A DNA stretch of 64,000 bases, taken from NCBI GenBank assembly GCA_018664485.1, contig JABJOE010000007.1, positions 132,353 to 196,352 of the forward strand, in the 5' to 3' direction. The notes under the pieces are model-generated. The model was not told the DNA's origin and made no database searches. It was given only the letters and a program-made list of their open reading frames with translations. The stretch comes from Candidatus Uhrbacteria bacterium (GTDB taxonomy: Bacteria > Patescibacteriota > Patescibacteriia > UBA9934). A program made the translations under genes and the position numbers. Below, in pieces: positions 1 through 9,894 of the stretch; positions within the stretch are counted from its first letter, which is position 1; each line of letters begins with the position of its first letter.

Positions 1-147
1 GAAAAGCGCTACCAAGCCTATTACAATATTAGCGCCTACAATCTTGAAAATTTTGACGTTACCATAGACACCACCCCACTCACACTTGATGAGGTATTTG
101 AGCAAACCGTAATAGCAATCGCTACACATTTACACAGCGAATCTTAA
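1..147 (+). CDS. 3' end of a probable cytidylate kinase (archaeal-type Cmk), partial
   Basis: Frame 1 reads EKRYQAYYNISAYNLENFDVTIDTTPLTLDEVF...*, resembling the RY..YY.I....DL.IDT C-terminus of Cmk-like kinases; truncated by the window start. Confidence 0.55.
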   Translation, partial: EKRYQAYYNISAYNLENFDVTIDTTPLTLDEVFEQTVIAIATHLHSES

Positions 148-162
148 GAAGCCAGTATCTTT

Positions 163-585
163 ATGGATTTCCTTGTTCTGCTCTGCATAATACTGTCGCC
201 GATTGTATTGTTCGCGATAAGCACACTTATAGTTAATAGGTATAACTTTCAGCTCGGTTGGACGCTGCCCTTTCCAGTAATTTTAGGCTTTTTCTTCATG
301 TACTTTTTGGATCATTCTGCAGGAGTATCTGGAGGGCCGGCCGCAATTGCAGCATTTATATCCCTCCTTTTACTTATTCAGATAGCTGGAATGTTTGTTT
401 TGTCCTTTGTTTTATTTATCGAGCAGAGCAACAAGGCTTTTCAATTAACTCTCATCGCCATCCTGGCGGGTGCATCCCTTGGGATGATATACGACAGAAT
501 CTTTATTGAGCCTCACGAGATAGGAGAAAAAGGCAATTCCTCGATCCAAGCGCAATATCCAGATTGGAGGATTTTAGATAACTAG
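163..585 (+). CDS. hypothetical membrane protein (about 4 TM)
   Basis: 140-aa ORF with four hydrophobic segments. Confidence 0.7.
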   Translation: MDFLVLLCIILSPIVLFAISTLIVNRYNFQLGWTLPFPVILGFFFMYFLDHSAGVSGGPAAIAAFISLLLLIQIAGMFVLSFVLFIEQSNKAFQLTLIAILAGASLGMIYDRIFIEPHEIGEKGNSSIQAQYPDWRILDN

Positions 586-638
586 CTACTATATAGTTTA
601 AGTCTCATTTTCAAAGTCCAACATTGAGTAGCGAGACC

Positions 639-667
639 TTGACAAAAAGAGCGTTTTTTCCTACAAT
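639..667 (+). promoter_or_regulatory. sigma70 promoter of rplS
   Basis: TTGACA-17 nt-TACAAT. Confidence 0.75.
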
Positions 668-735
668 TCTGCCGTCTTAAGAAATACGTGAAAGAAAGGC
701 TTAATCCTTTCCTCTGGCGGCAAAATCACATTTTT

Positions 736-1302
736 ATGTCTGATGAAGAGAAGAAAGCCGACGAAGAGGTAAAAGAAGTTGTTGCTCCAAAGCCTGAAGC
801 GGCTGTTGAGGAAAAAGCGGCTGAAAAGGCTCCTGAAGCTCCTGCCGAGGCAAAAGCTGACGAAGCTACCGCTGAGGTTTCTCAGGAAGAAATCACTGGA
901 CGTGCTGAATCAACTGAGGTTGAGGAAGAAGTTACTCCAGACCAGGTTGAAGAGCTCCCATATACAGACATTCGGCCAGGAATGGAAGTACGAGTCCACG
1001 AGCGTATTCTCGACGTATCACCAAAAGGTGAAAAGCGTGAGCGCGTTCAGATCTTCCAAGGAATGGTTATTGGAATGAAGAGCGGTGGAGTTTCTCGAAC
1101 AATGACTGTACGAAAGGATTCGAAAGGTTGGATGGTTGAAAAGATCTTCCCTCTCTCATCTCCTAACGTTACAAAGGTAGAAGTTGTGAAGAAATTCCGA
1201 GTACGACGTGCAAAGTTGAACTTCCTACGTAAGAGCACAAGACGTAAGGGAGGTAAGAAGCGATTCAAGCGAAAGATGCACGAGATCAAAGAGTCAAAAT
1301 AG
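736..1302 (+). CDS. rplS: 50S ribosomal protein L19 with acidic N-terminal extension
   Basis: DIRPGMEVRVHERI...KRERVQIFQGMVI...TVRK...VEKIFPLSSP...VRRAKL motifs; start taken at ATG 736. Confidence 0.93.
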   Translation: MSDEEKKADEEVKEVVAPKPEAAVEEKAAEKAPEAPAEAKADEATAEVSQEEITGRAESTEVEEEVTPDQVEELPYTDIRPGMEVRVHERILDVSPKGEKRERVQIFQGMVIGMKSGGVSRTMTVRKDSKGWMVEKIFPLSSPNVTKVEVVKKFRVRRAKLNFLRKSTRRKGGKKRFKRKMHEIKESK

Positions 1303-1310
1303 AATAGAAT

Positions 1311-1342
1311 AAAAAGTAGGCCCCAACGGGTCTACTTTTTTT
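1311..1342 (+). terminator. intrinsic terminator after rplS
   Basis: AAAAAGTAGGCCC-loop-GGGTCTACTTTTTTT hairpin followed by a T run. Confidence 0.8.
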
Positions 1343-1356
1343 CACGAAGCAAGATC

Positions 1357-1491
1357 GATGTATTACCTATCACTACAGAACCTGTTCGCTGCTCCAGCGG
1401 CAGCTCACCTAGCGCTTCGGCCTGTTTCCCCGTCTACGCCGGGGACCAATCAAACAGACCTTAGAGCTTTCTGAAGTGATAACTAATAATC
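1357..1491. repeat. long imperfect intergenic palindrome with branched inner hairpins
   Basis: TATCACTACAGAA...TTCTGAAGTGATA arms; inner GCTGC/GCAGC and TCCCCG/CGGGGA stems. Confidence 0.6.
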
Positions 1492-1776
1492 TCCAGAGCA
1501 ATAAAGCAACTAATCGAATGCCCAACCTTTATTTGTCATATCTTTAATTTTAAAAGAAGAGAGGTGGAAAACAAATTGTCCTTCGAGATACCTGTAAGTA
1601 GACTGTTTCTTTTTCCAAAAAATATAAAACAAATTTTTATAGCGCCCAACCTACGATCTTCTTTTTATTTCAAAGAAAAAGAGAGGGGGGATAAAGAGAA
1701 AACAAGCGCGCACCCGGATCCAGGAGGACCGGGTGCGCAACGAAGTTGCTGAGGTTGTGCGAGCTGACTGTGACCT

Positions 1777-2298
1777 TCAGGCCCGTCGAGCCTGTTCCGC
1801 AGCCATCTGTGCAGCGGTCTCTGCGTGTCGGGCGTCAGTCCTGGCGCACTTCCACGTGAAGTACTCATCCTTCAAAGTGGTGTCACTCAGGAACGGCAGC
1901 AGGCCCCACTGAGCTGGAGCCGTCTTACGAATCTCATCTGCCAACGAATCTTCCGTCAGACTGCAGAACGGCATCTGGAAGTCTTGATGCGCAACCCTGA
2001 AGCCGAGCCTCTTGAGCTTTTTGAGAAGCGCTTTGAAATCATCTTCATTACCATGGATGCGGCCACGAATGTCTTCACCGGTGATAGCCAGCAAAGCATG
2101 TGAACGAGAGGTAATTCCTTGGCGGAGATTTCCATATGCCCAAATACTACTACTCAGCCAGACCGGAATTCCGCGCGTATCCTCTTGGCGACGCCCCTTT
2201 GGATCTCCAATCGGATTCGGCTTGATCGCCCATACTCCAGCATTGGCGTGCCAGATGAAGTGGGCAGTCTCGGGGTCCACGTATTTTCCTCGTCCCAT
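1777..2298 (-). CDS. orphan hypothetical protein
   Basis: 173-aa ORF with its own promoter (2407-2435) and a downstream GC hairpin (about 1706-1738). Confidence 0.7.
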   Translation of the reverse strand: MGRGKYVDPETAHFIWHANAGVWAIKPNPIGDPKGRRQEDTRGIPVWLSSSIWAYGNLRQGITSRSHALLAITGEDIRGRIHGNEDDFKALLKKLKRLGFRVAHQDFQMPFCSLTEDSLADEIRKTAPAQWGLLPFLSDTTLKDEYFTWKCARTDARHAETAAQMAAEQARRA

Positions 2299-2406
2299 GT
2301 TAGTTCCGATGACGGCAAGCCGTCATTTTGTTCAAGTCACCTCTCACACACAACGCGTGCGCAAGTCAGCTCTCGAACGCTACAGATGTTGCCACCTGAT
2401 TGGGCG

Positions 2407-2435
2407 ATCATAGCACTTTTTTGCCCTTTTGTCAA
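2407..2435 (-). promoter_or_regulatory. sigma70 promoter of the orphan at 1777-2298
   Basis: Minus strand TTGACA-17 nt-TATGAT with a TG extension. Confidence 0.7.
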
Positions 2436-2569
2436 GGGTACGTGGCTAATATTAGCTAAATTATTTCGCTCAAAACTGATCAAAAAACTAAATATATATA
2501 AAGTAAACATATGGCCCGTACTGACCTTATGTTTGTAAAAAACAGGCCTTGCGGCCCGTTCTTTATATC

Positions 2570-5476
2570 CTATTTCTTTTTCGTCTTTGCTTTCGTTTTC
2601 TTGACTGGTGCCTTCCGAGCCGCAAATGCAAGCTTAAGCGCTTTCCCAGTATGCGTCTTATGCTTTGCGATATCTTTTGGCACACCGTTACCGACAACCA
2701 AGCCACCCTTCACACCACCTTCAGGCCCCATATCTATAATCCAATCAGATGACTGCATCACATCGGTATTATGCTCGATCACCAGAACCGTATTCCCCTT
2801 CTCAACTAAAGCATGCAACACTCCCAACAACTTACCAACATCATCAAAGTGAAGCCCCGTAGTTGGCTCATCTAAAATATACAATGTCTTTCCAGTTGCT
2901 CGACGAGAAAGTTCTGTTGAAAGCTTCACACGCTGCGCCTCACCACCCGAAAGAGTAGTTGCAGACTGTCCAAGTTTCAGATAACCAAGTCCAACTTCAT
3001 GAAGTACATTGAGCTTGTCATAAATGTTCGACCGATTAGCAAAGAACCGGCGAGCTTCATCAACCGTCATGTCCAGAACATCCGCAATATTCTTCTGACG
3101 ATAATGAATCTCCAACACCTCCTGCACATACCTACGACCTGAACACTCAGGACAATCCGAATACACATCAGGCATGAATTGCATCTCGATCCGAATTTGT
3201 CCGTCACCTGAACAGTTCTCACAACGTCCCCCACCCTTTACGTTGAAACTGAACTTTCCAGCGTCGTATCCACGAAGCTTAGCCTCGGGAACCTCTGTAA
3301 ACAAATCTCGAATAGCCGTGAACACACCAGTATATGTCGCCGGGTTCGATCGTGGAGTACGCCCAATTGGAGACTGGTCAACTGTTACAACTTTATCGAT
3401 GTTCTTAAGCCCCTTAATATCTTTATGCTGTCCGGGATATGCCTTGGCACGATAAAAGTGCTTTGAAAGCGCACGCCCCAAGATATCTAAAATCAATGTA
3501 GACTTTCCAGAACCTGATACACCGGCCACACAAACAAGCATTCCAAGTGGAATATCAACCGTAACGTTCTGGAGGTTATGCTCTTTAGCTCCAACGATTG
3601 TAATCTTCTTCTTATTTCCAGGGCGAGGCTTCTTCGGCGCAATTAGCACCTTCTGCCCTGTTAGATACTGCCCAGTCAGTGAATCTTTATTCTTCTTAAG
3701 CTGTGCTGGCGTTCCGTGAGCCACGATCTGTCCACCATATTCTCCAGCACCCGGACCGATATCAAATACATAGTCGGCAGCTTCGATCATCTCCTCATCA
3801 TGCTCTACAACCAAAACTGAGTTTCCAAGATCACGCAGACGTTTTACCGTTGCGATCAAGTGACCGTTGTCGCGTGGATGCAAACCGATAGAAGGTTCAT
3901 CTAAAACATAAATCACACCAGACAACGCCGCACCAAGCTGAGTTGAGAGCCGTACACGTTGAGACTCACCACCTGACAACGACATAGCGGCCCGATCCAA
4001 TGTGAGATATCCAAGTCCAACTTCCACAAGGTGCTTAACGCGGTCGTGAACCTCTCGAGCAACACGCTCAACAACTTTCTGCTCACCATCTGAAAGCATC
4101 TTTTGCCCCTTATTCCCTTTACTTCCCTTTTTTGCAGTCTCTAAAATCTCGTCAAAGAACGAAACAACGTCCTCAATAGGGCGCGACACAACGTCAGCAA
4201 TCGATGTACCACCGATCGTGAACATGAGTACCTCTTTACGCAGTCGTTTACCATTACAATCCGGACAAATCATCGAACGCATATAGCTCTCAAGCTCTTT
4301 GCGAACATATTCACTACTTGTCTCCTTATACTTAGTCTCAAGCATCCCAAGCACGCCAGGGAATGTCACTTCCTTCCCGGAAACGACGTAAACAGTGTCC
4401 CCTGTTCCATTGAGCAGAGTATCCATCTTCTCCGCACTAAAGGTATCCAACTCTTTATTCAAACTAAATTTCTTTTTCTTCGCAACCGCCTTTAACATCT
4501 CGATATAACTGTTCTGATTCCCAGCAATACGACTCCATGGCTTCACAGCACCCTGCTCGAGAGTAAGACGTTTGTTTGGAATAACCAGATCTGCTTCCAA
4601 AACCAATTTCATTCCAAGGCCAGTACAATCAGGACATGCACCATGTGGGGAGTTGAAAGAAAAAAGACGAGGTTCCGGCGTTGGGATCCGCATTCCACCC
4701 GGAAGATTGTATCCACGAACCAACTCAACCTCGTCACCAGTATCATCTCGATACATTAAAAGCTCATCGTTCCCCATATCAAGTGCCTGCTCGAGGATAA
4801 CGCGCATGCGCTCGATTGGAATATCTTGTCCGCCATCAAAACGCTTTGAAAGTACTTCAATTGTATGTTTCTTACTCTTCTGTTTTTTCATCGCAATAGC
4901 CTCATCCAAATCCATTGTAAGACCATCGTATCGAACTTCCTTAAACCCAGCGTTCTGTGCTGCAACCAAAACCTGATTATGCTCACCCTTCTGATCTTTG
5001 ACCATTGGCACAAACAGCATCACCTCACCTAACTTCACAGCAGCAATAATTTCCTCGGCCAAGTCATCGATAGAATTTTTCCGAATCAAGTCACCAGTCT
5101 CTGGGTTGTGAGGCTGTGCAACGCGAGAAAAAAGAACACGCAGATAATCATAAATCTCCGTCACAGTTCCCACGGTAGATCGCGGATTATGTGAAGAAGA
5201 CTTCTGGTCAATTGCAATTGTCGGTGAAAGTCCGACTATCTCGTCGACGTCAGGCTTATCTTGTAACTCAAGGAACTGTTTTGCGTAAGACGAAAGCGAC
5301 TCCATGTAGCGACGCTGTCCTTCGGCATAAATGGTGTCAAAGGCGAGAGACGACTTCCCTGACCCAGACAACCCCGTGAAGACTACGAGCTTATTTTTTG
5401 GAATGTCGCAGTTAATATTTTTCAAATTGTGAACCCGCGCACCGCGGATCGAAAGGGACTCATGTTGCACAAGCAA
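2570..5476 (-). CDS. uvrA: excinuclease ABC subunit A
   Basis: GARVHNLKN, GLSGSGKSSLAFDTIYAEGQRRY, LSGGESQR, a second NBD GVSGSGKST and LSGGEAQR; exact start uncertain. Confidence 0.97.
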   Translation of the reverse strand: MLVQHESLSIRGARVHNLKNINCDIPKNKLVVFTGLSGSGKSSLAFDTIYAEGQRRYMESLSSYAKQFLELQDKPDVDEIVGLSPTIAIDQKSSSHNPRSTVGTVTEIYDYLRVLFSRVAQPHNPETGDLIRKNSIDDLAEEIIAAVKLGEVMLFVPMVKDQKGEHNQVLVAAQNAGFKEVRYDGLTMDLDEAIAMKKQKSKKHTIEVLSKRFDGGQDIPIERMRVILEQALDMGNDELLMYRDDTGDEVELVRGYNLPGGMRIPTPEPRLFSFNSPHGACPDCTGLGMKLVLEADLVIPNKRLTLEQGAVKPWSRIAGNQNSYIEMLKAVAKKKKFSLNKELDTFSAEKMDTLLNGTGDTVYVVSGKEVTFPGVLGMLETKYKETSSEYVRKELESYMRSMICPDCNGKRLRKEVLMFTIGGTSIADVVSRPIEDVVSFFDEILETAKKGSKGNKGQKMLSDGEQKVVERVAREVHDRVKHLVEVGLGYLTLDRAAMSLSGGESQRVRLSTQLGAALSGVIYVLDEPSIGLHPRDNGHLIATVKRLRDLGNSVLVVEHDEEMIEAADYVFDIGPGAGEYGGQIVAHGTPAQLKKNKDSLTGQYLTGQKVLIAPKKPRPGNKKKITIVGAKEHNLQNVTVDIPLGMLVCVAGVSGSGKSTLILDILGRALSKHFYRAKAYPGQHKDIKGLKNIDKVVTVDQSPIGRTPRSNPATYTGVFTAIRDLFTEVPEAKLRGYDAGKFSFNVKGGGRCENCSGDGQIRIEMQFMPDVYSDCPECSGRRYVQEVLEIHYRQKNIADVLDMTVDEARRFFANRSNIYDKLNVLHEVGLGYLKLGQSATTLSGGEAQRVKLSTELSRRATGKTLYILDEPTTGLHFDDVGKLLGVLHALVEKGNTVLVIEHNTDVMQSSDWIIDMGPEGGVKGGLVVGNGVPKDIAKHKTHTGKALKLAFAARKAPVKKTKAKTKKK

Positions 5477-5719
5477 ATTCCGTTATTGAGTGAATCTTGC
5501 GTCTGATGTGAAATTGTATCGAGATACATGATCTCAAAAGCGTGTCGGAGCATATCACTTAAAACGCCACCTGGCAAGAGTGCTAGGTGGCTTTTGAAAA
5601 CTTTTGGCGAAGGTCGGGCACATTCGTACACCACAAACTATCTTTGCAGCATGCACCTATACAAATTTATAAAATTTTGAATTCCGCGACAGTACAACAA
5701 TATTCAAACAGAAAACTTA

Positions 5720-7330
5720 CTACCAAGTCGGATTACAATCTACTTCATTCCCTTCTACATCCTTACAGTAAAACCAACCAAATGCTGACGTAGAGTTTGC
5801 ACAGTTAGCAAAGCTGTCAGCCTGCAAAGCACCCAGCCAATCCAACACAACGTCGCCGGCAAGAGCTACTTCCATCTCTGCTATCTCGAGCGCACTCATA
5901 TTATCCAATGCCTCCTGCGAGATATCATCAACAGATGTAGCGTTTGTGAACACTTTACATCCTTCCCCACCGGCAGGTGCGAGTCCACATGGATCGCTAT
6001 CACATAAAGCGCTCAAGAGCGGAAAATCATCATCGGCGCCTGTACGATCATCAACTTCATTATCATATTGATATTCATACTCATACTCAAAGACTGTGTC
6101 ACCTGCCTCATATACAGATTCAACAAGATCATACGCTCGACACCCCATACTCTCGTCAGCAAGAGCATCTTGTCTCAACGTGTCGCAATCAAGCGTATCG
6201 CCATCAGCCGGGTATACAAGCTCGCTGCAAGCATCAAAGCTTGTGTCTAAAACCGGAGCATCATAATAAAGACAGTATAGTTTCTCTCCAGTAATAGACG
6301 ATGCAGCAGCAGCATCTAACACATCCTGCTCATCCTTATCTACAAGGTATCCGCACATCGAGCTCGATGGCGTGGCACCGCTCACACTGGCTAACCCTGA
6401 AAATACCTCTTTACAACGCAAACATGCAAAACCATTTTCACTCTCGGCAGATGCAGCACACACTTCATACGCAGTATCACATCCACTATAGAAACACTCG
6501 TCTCCAACTTGGATAGTGGCTTCGGTATCTCCAACGTCATCAACAGTTCCTTTATTTCCACAATCTTCCTGTCCTGAAATCTCAGGGGTAATAGTAAGCC
6601 CCGCAACTTCCATCGCTTCACAGGTAGATTCAGGATCAATGAACACAACCGTACGAATGGCTGGCGGTGTTAGGCGGTTCAAGTTCGTAAGATTCGGATC
6701 TACCATCTGCCCCATAGCAACTGCTGACAGCAAAAGCACAAGACCCGTTACTGCATTTTTAACTCTCTCCTTAGCTCTTCCGATACGTCCACTATCCCCT
6801 CGAGCCAACATCCACTGTAATCCCCCTACCATTATGACAAGCACAACAAGTAATGAAGCTGTGGGAAGTAAAAAGTTGTATACGACGTTAATATAATCCG
6901 GAATACTATCCACCTCCTCGGCAGATCCAATTACAATACTTAAGTCCACTGCCTCTGGTGGTCGGTAACAATAATGCTCACCTGGAATACAATCAGCTGG
7001 CTGGCCCTGATCCCACTCATAGGGAACTTCCTCCCCATCAATCTCTGTTAAGTTATTTTCACATTCATATTGAGACCAACATTTATCATTATCTGCCGGC
7101 GTTGAACCCGTCGTATAGCAAGCCATGTAATTTGAGCCTGCATCACTACACGCGGTACGACAAGATGCAGTATCTTCTAGATTCGACTCCGATAGCTGAG
7201 TAGCTCCGGCAGAAGTCTTGCACCAACAATCACAACTAGCCTCCGAATCCTCAGCAAAAACAAAACCAACCGAGCCAAAAAGCATTGAAACGGTTAGGAG
7301 CGAAATAAAAATGGCTGTTATCCTCCGCAT
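5720..7330 (-). CDS. CPR-type VirB2/TrbC-like (T4SS_pilin) domain protein with Cys-rich extracellular regions
   Basis: Signal peptide; IPDYINVVYNFLL...IMVGGLQWMLARGDSGRIGRAKERVKNAVTGLVLLL pilin signature; many Cys. Confidence 0.75.
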   Translation of the reverse strand: MRRITAIFISLLTVSMLFGSVGFVFAEDSEASCDCWCKTSAGATQLSESNLEDTASCRTACSDAGSNYMACYTTGSTPADNDKCWSQYECENNLTEIDGEEVPYEWDQGQPADCIPGEHYCYRPPEAVDLSIVIGSAEEVDSIPDYINVVYNFLLPTASLLVVLVIMVGGLQWMLARGDSGRIGRAKERVKNAVTGLVLLLSAVAMGQMVDPNLTNLNRLTPPAIRTVVFIDPESTCEAMEVAGLTITPEISGQEDCGNKGTVDDVGDTEATIQVGDECFYSGCDTAYEVCAASAESENGFACLRCKEVFSGLASVSGATPSSSMCGYLVDKDEQDVLDAAAASSITGEKLYCLYYDAPVLDTSFDACSELVYPADGDTLDCDTLRQDALADESMGCRAYDLVESVYEAGDTVFEYEYEYQYDNEVDDRTGADDDFPLLSALCDSDPCGLAPAGGEGCKVFTNATSVDDISQEALDNMSALEIAEMEVALAGDVVLDWLGALQADSFANCANSTSAFGWFYCKDVEGNEVDCNPTW

Positions 7331-7355
7331 ACACAAATATGAACTCATTCTAAAA

Positions 7356-7485
7356 ACAACTTTAGAGAATTTCTTAGAATATGTTTAGCGAAAACGTTGA
7401 AACGTGATGGAGGCATAGCCGTAGCTACGTCGACGAACGTTGAAGCGTTTGCAGCAAAGATAGACAATAAATTCTCAAAGTTTGT
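7356..7485 (+). repeat. long intergenic hairpin, AGGA/GACGA family
   Basis: ACTTTAGAGAATTT...AAATTCTCAAAGT arms; apical GGAGGCATAGC-CGTA-GCTACGTCGACGA. Confidence 0.65.
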
Positions 7486-7512
7486 CTTTATTATGAGTTC
7501 ATCATATCATGG

Positions 7513-7541
7513 TTGACAGAAACATCCCTCACTGTTAGAGT
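7513..7541 (+). promoter_or_regulatory. sigma70 promoter of secG (near-leaderless mRNA)
   Basis: TTGACA-17 nt-TAGAGT, 10 nt upstream of ATG 7552. Confidence 0.6.
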
Positions 7542-7551
7542 TTCTCGCGTT

Positions 7552-7761
7552 ATGATATTTGACATTATCCAACTTATTTTAGCCCTACTACTAACAGGGG
7601 CAATCCTCATGCAATCAAGCAGTGCTGGTCTTGGTGCTGTATTTGGAGGAGACGCCGGTGTACAGCGCACCAAACGTGGAGTAGAGAAGAAACTACATCA
7701 CACAACTATTATACTTGCTATTCTTTTCCTGGGTGTAGCCCTTGTAAACGTTTTGAACTAG
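7552..7761 (+). CDS. secG: preprotein translocase subunit SecG
   Basis: ILMQSSSAGLGAVFGG...RTKRGVEKKL motif, two TM segments. Confidence 0.9.
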   Translation: MIFDIIQLILALLLTGAILMQSSSAGLGAVFGGDAGVQRTKRGVEKKLHHTTIILAILFLGVALVNVLN

Positions 7762-7904
7762 GGTCCGCCCCCTATAACTAGTCGTCACATACTCTTCTGA
7801 GTTTACGGCAAAAAATTGAACATCTTTCCAAACGCCTAACTAGTAGATGGCGTAAATTTTCTAATCGTTCTTCTCGCGCTAAACGTGCGAATACGAATTT
7901 AGCG

Positions 7905-9818
7905 ATGGCACAAGTAATAGGTGCACGCGAGACTAAAAAACTCCCAAGCAAAGAACAAATCAAATACCTCCCTCTTCTACTTTCAAAGCGTGAACGAATC
8001 ATCGCGAGTGTAGCGATCATTATAATAATCGTCGCGAGCGTTTTCCTTGTTCGTCACCTTATAAATGCACAACGCGTAACTATCCCTGCAGTGGGTGGTG
8101 AATATACCGAAGGAGTCGTTGGATCTCCTCAATTGATCAACCCTCTCTATACAGGTATCAGTGATGTCGACGCAGATTTGGCTCGCCTCGTGTACAGTGG
8201 ACTGATGACCTTTGACGCTAACGAAGGACTCACAACAGACCTAGCAGAATCCTACGAAATTTCAGAGGATGGCACACAATACACTTTCACACTACGAAAT
8301 GACGCTCGTTGGCACGATGGTCAACGTGTTCAGGCTGACGATATTATCTTTACTATAAGTGCGATGCAGAACATGGACTACCGCAGTCCACTTGAAGCAC
8401 ATTTTCAAGACGTAATCGTAGAACAGATTGACGATCGATCTGTACGCTTCACAATTGACGAACCTTTCGCCCCATTTATCTCTTACCTCACAGTAGGTAT
8501 TCTTCCGTCACATATTTGGCAGGAGATTCCGGCGGTAAACGCTACTTTAACCGAGCTCAATACAAAACCGATTGGTTCTGGACCTTATCAGTTTGAAAAA
8601 TTAGTAAAAGACTCTAAGGGATCCGTCATTAGCTACTCCCTGACACGGCATGATGGATATCACGGCGAGTCACCTTATCTTGAAACGATAACTTTCAAGT
8701 TCTACCCAAGTAATGAAGCTGCTTTGGACGCTTTGCGAAACCACAACATCCAAGGTGTCGGTTTTGTACCTGCGCCTCTCGTTGATGAGCTACAAGAAGA
8801 TGTAAACGGAACACTCGTAACTCCAGGGATGACTCAGTACACTGCCGCGTTTTTCAATCTAGACGAAGATATACTCTCAGATGAAGACGTTCGAGAGGCT
8901 CTAGTTCATGCAACGGATACACAAACTATCATTGATGAAGCGTTATTTGGATATGGCGCACAAATCAATTCATTCCTAGTTTCCGGAATGCTTGGTGAAC
9001 ATCCTGACCTTGAATCTGTATCCTACGATGTATCTGCAGCTCAAGAATTACTGGTAAGTGCCGGATGGACCCTACCTTCTGAGGAAGCTGTTGAGGAAGT
9101 CGTAGAAGAAGCAGTCGAAGAAACTGCGGATGAATCGTCAGACGAAGCTGATATTTTAGATAGCGCAGAGACTACTGACGATATTTCCGACGAAGAGGTA
9201 CTCGCAGAAGATATCGTAGAAGAAGACGTAGTGGTGGAAGAAGAAACTCCAGCAGAACCTGTTGAAGTGTCTACAATTCGAGAAAAGAACGGTACAGCCC
9301 TATCACTTGAGCTCGTTACTTTAAACACCCCAGAGCTTGTTGCAGTATCTGAGTTACTGAAAGCCCAGTGGCTTGAAATTGGTGTGCAAGTCGATGTTAA
9401 AACAGTCGACAGCAGTACACTTCATTCAGATATTCTGAAAAATCGATCTTACGACATCTTACTTTCAGGTGAGCTCTATAGAATCGATCCAGATCTCTAT
9501 GCTTTCTGGCACTCTTCACAAACTAGTTACCCTGGGCTGAACTTGTCAGGCTACGAGAATTCGAGCGTCGATGAATTGATATTGCAGGCCCGCACCAGCA
9601 CAGATGAAGTAGAGCGTGCCGACCTTTACCGTGAGATTCAGGAAAACGTTCTTGCCGATACACCTGCTGTATTCCTATACCAACCTCTGTATACATACTT
9701 CGTATCTGATGAGCTTCAGGGCGTTGAGCTCTCGACTGTAGTCAGTCCATCAGACCGTTTCTCACAAGTAAATGAGTGGTATATAAAGACCCGAAAGGTT
9801 CTTCGAGTGAACGAATAA
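7905..9818 (+). CDS. ABC transporter peptide-binding protein (SBP family 5, OppA/AppA-like) with an acidic insertion
   Basis: GGEYTEGVVG, DLAESYEISEDGTQYTFTLR, WHDG..V.ADD, PIGSGPY; N-terminal TM anchor. Confidence 0.88.
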   Translation: MAQVIGARETKKLPSKEQIKYLPLLLSKRERIIASVAIIIIIVASVFLVRHLINAQRVTIPAVGGEYTEGVVGSPQLINPLYTGISDVDADLARLVYSGLMTFDANEGLTTDLAESYEISEDGTQYTFTLRNDARWHDGQRVQADDIIFTISAMQNMDYRSPLEAHFQDVIVEQIDDRSVRFTIDEPFAPFISYLTVGILPSHIWQEIPAVNATLTELNTKPIGSGPYQFEKLVKDSKGSVISYSLTRHDGYHGESPYLETITFKFYPSNEAALDALRNHNIQGVGFVPAPLVDELQEDVNGTLVTPGMTQYTAAFFNLDEDILSDEDVREALVHATDTQTIIDEALFGYGAQINSFLVSGMLGEHPDLESVSYDVSAAQELLVSAGWTLPSEEAVEEVVEEAVEETADESSDEADILDSAETTDDISDEEVLAEDIVEEDVVVEEETPAEPVEVSTIREKNGTALSLELVTLNTPELVAVSELLKAQWLEIGVQVDVKTVDSSTLHSDILKNRSYDILLSGELYRIDPDLYAFWHSSQTSYPGLNLSGYENSSVDELILQARTSTDEVERADLYREIQENVLADTPAVFLYQPLYTYFVSDELQGVELSTVVSPSDRFSQVNEWYIKTRKVLRVNE

Positions 9819-9865
9819 TTAACCTATAAATAAAGGCTAAACGCATCAAAAGTAGCCCAGAGAGG

Positions 9866-9894
9866 TTGACAGCAAAGGCTATATATGGTAGAGT
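9866..9894 (+). promoter_or_regulatory. sigma70 promoter far upstream of rnj
   Basis: TTGACA-17 nt-TAGAGT with a TG extension. Confidence 0.6.
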
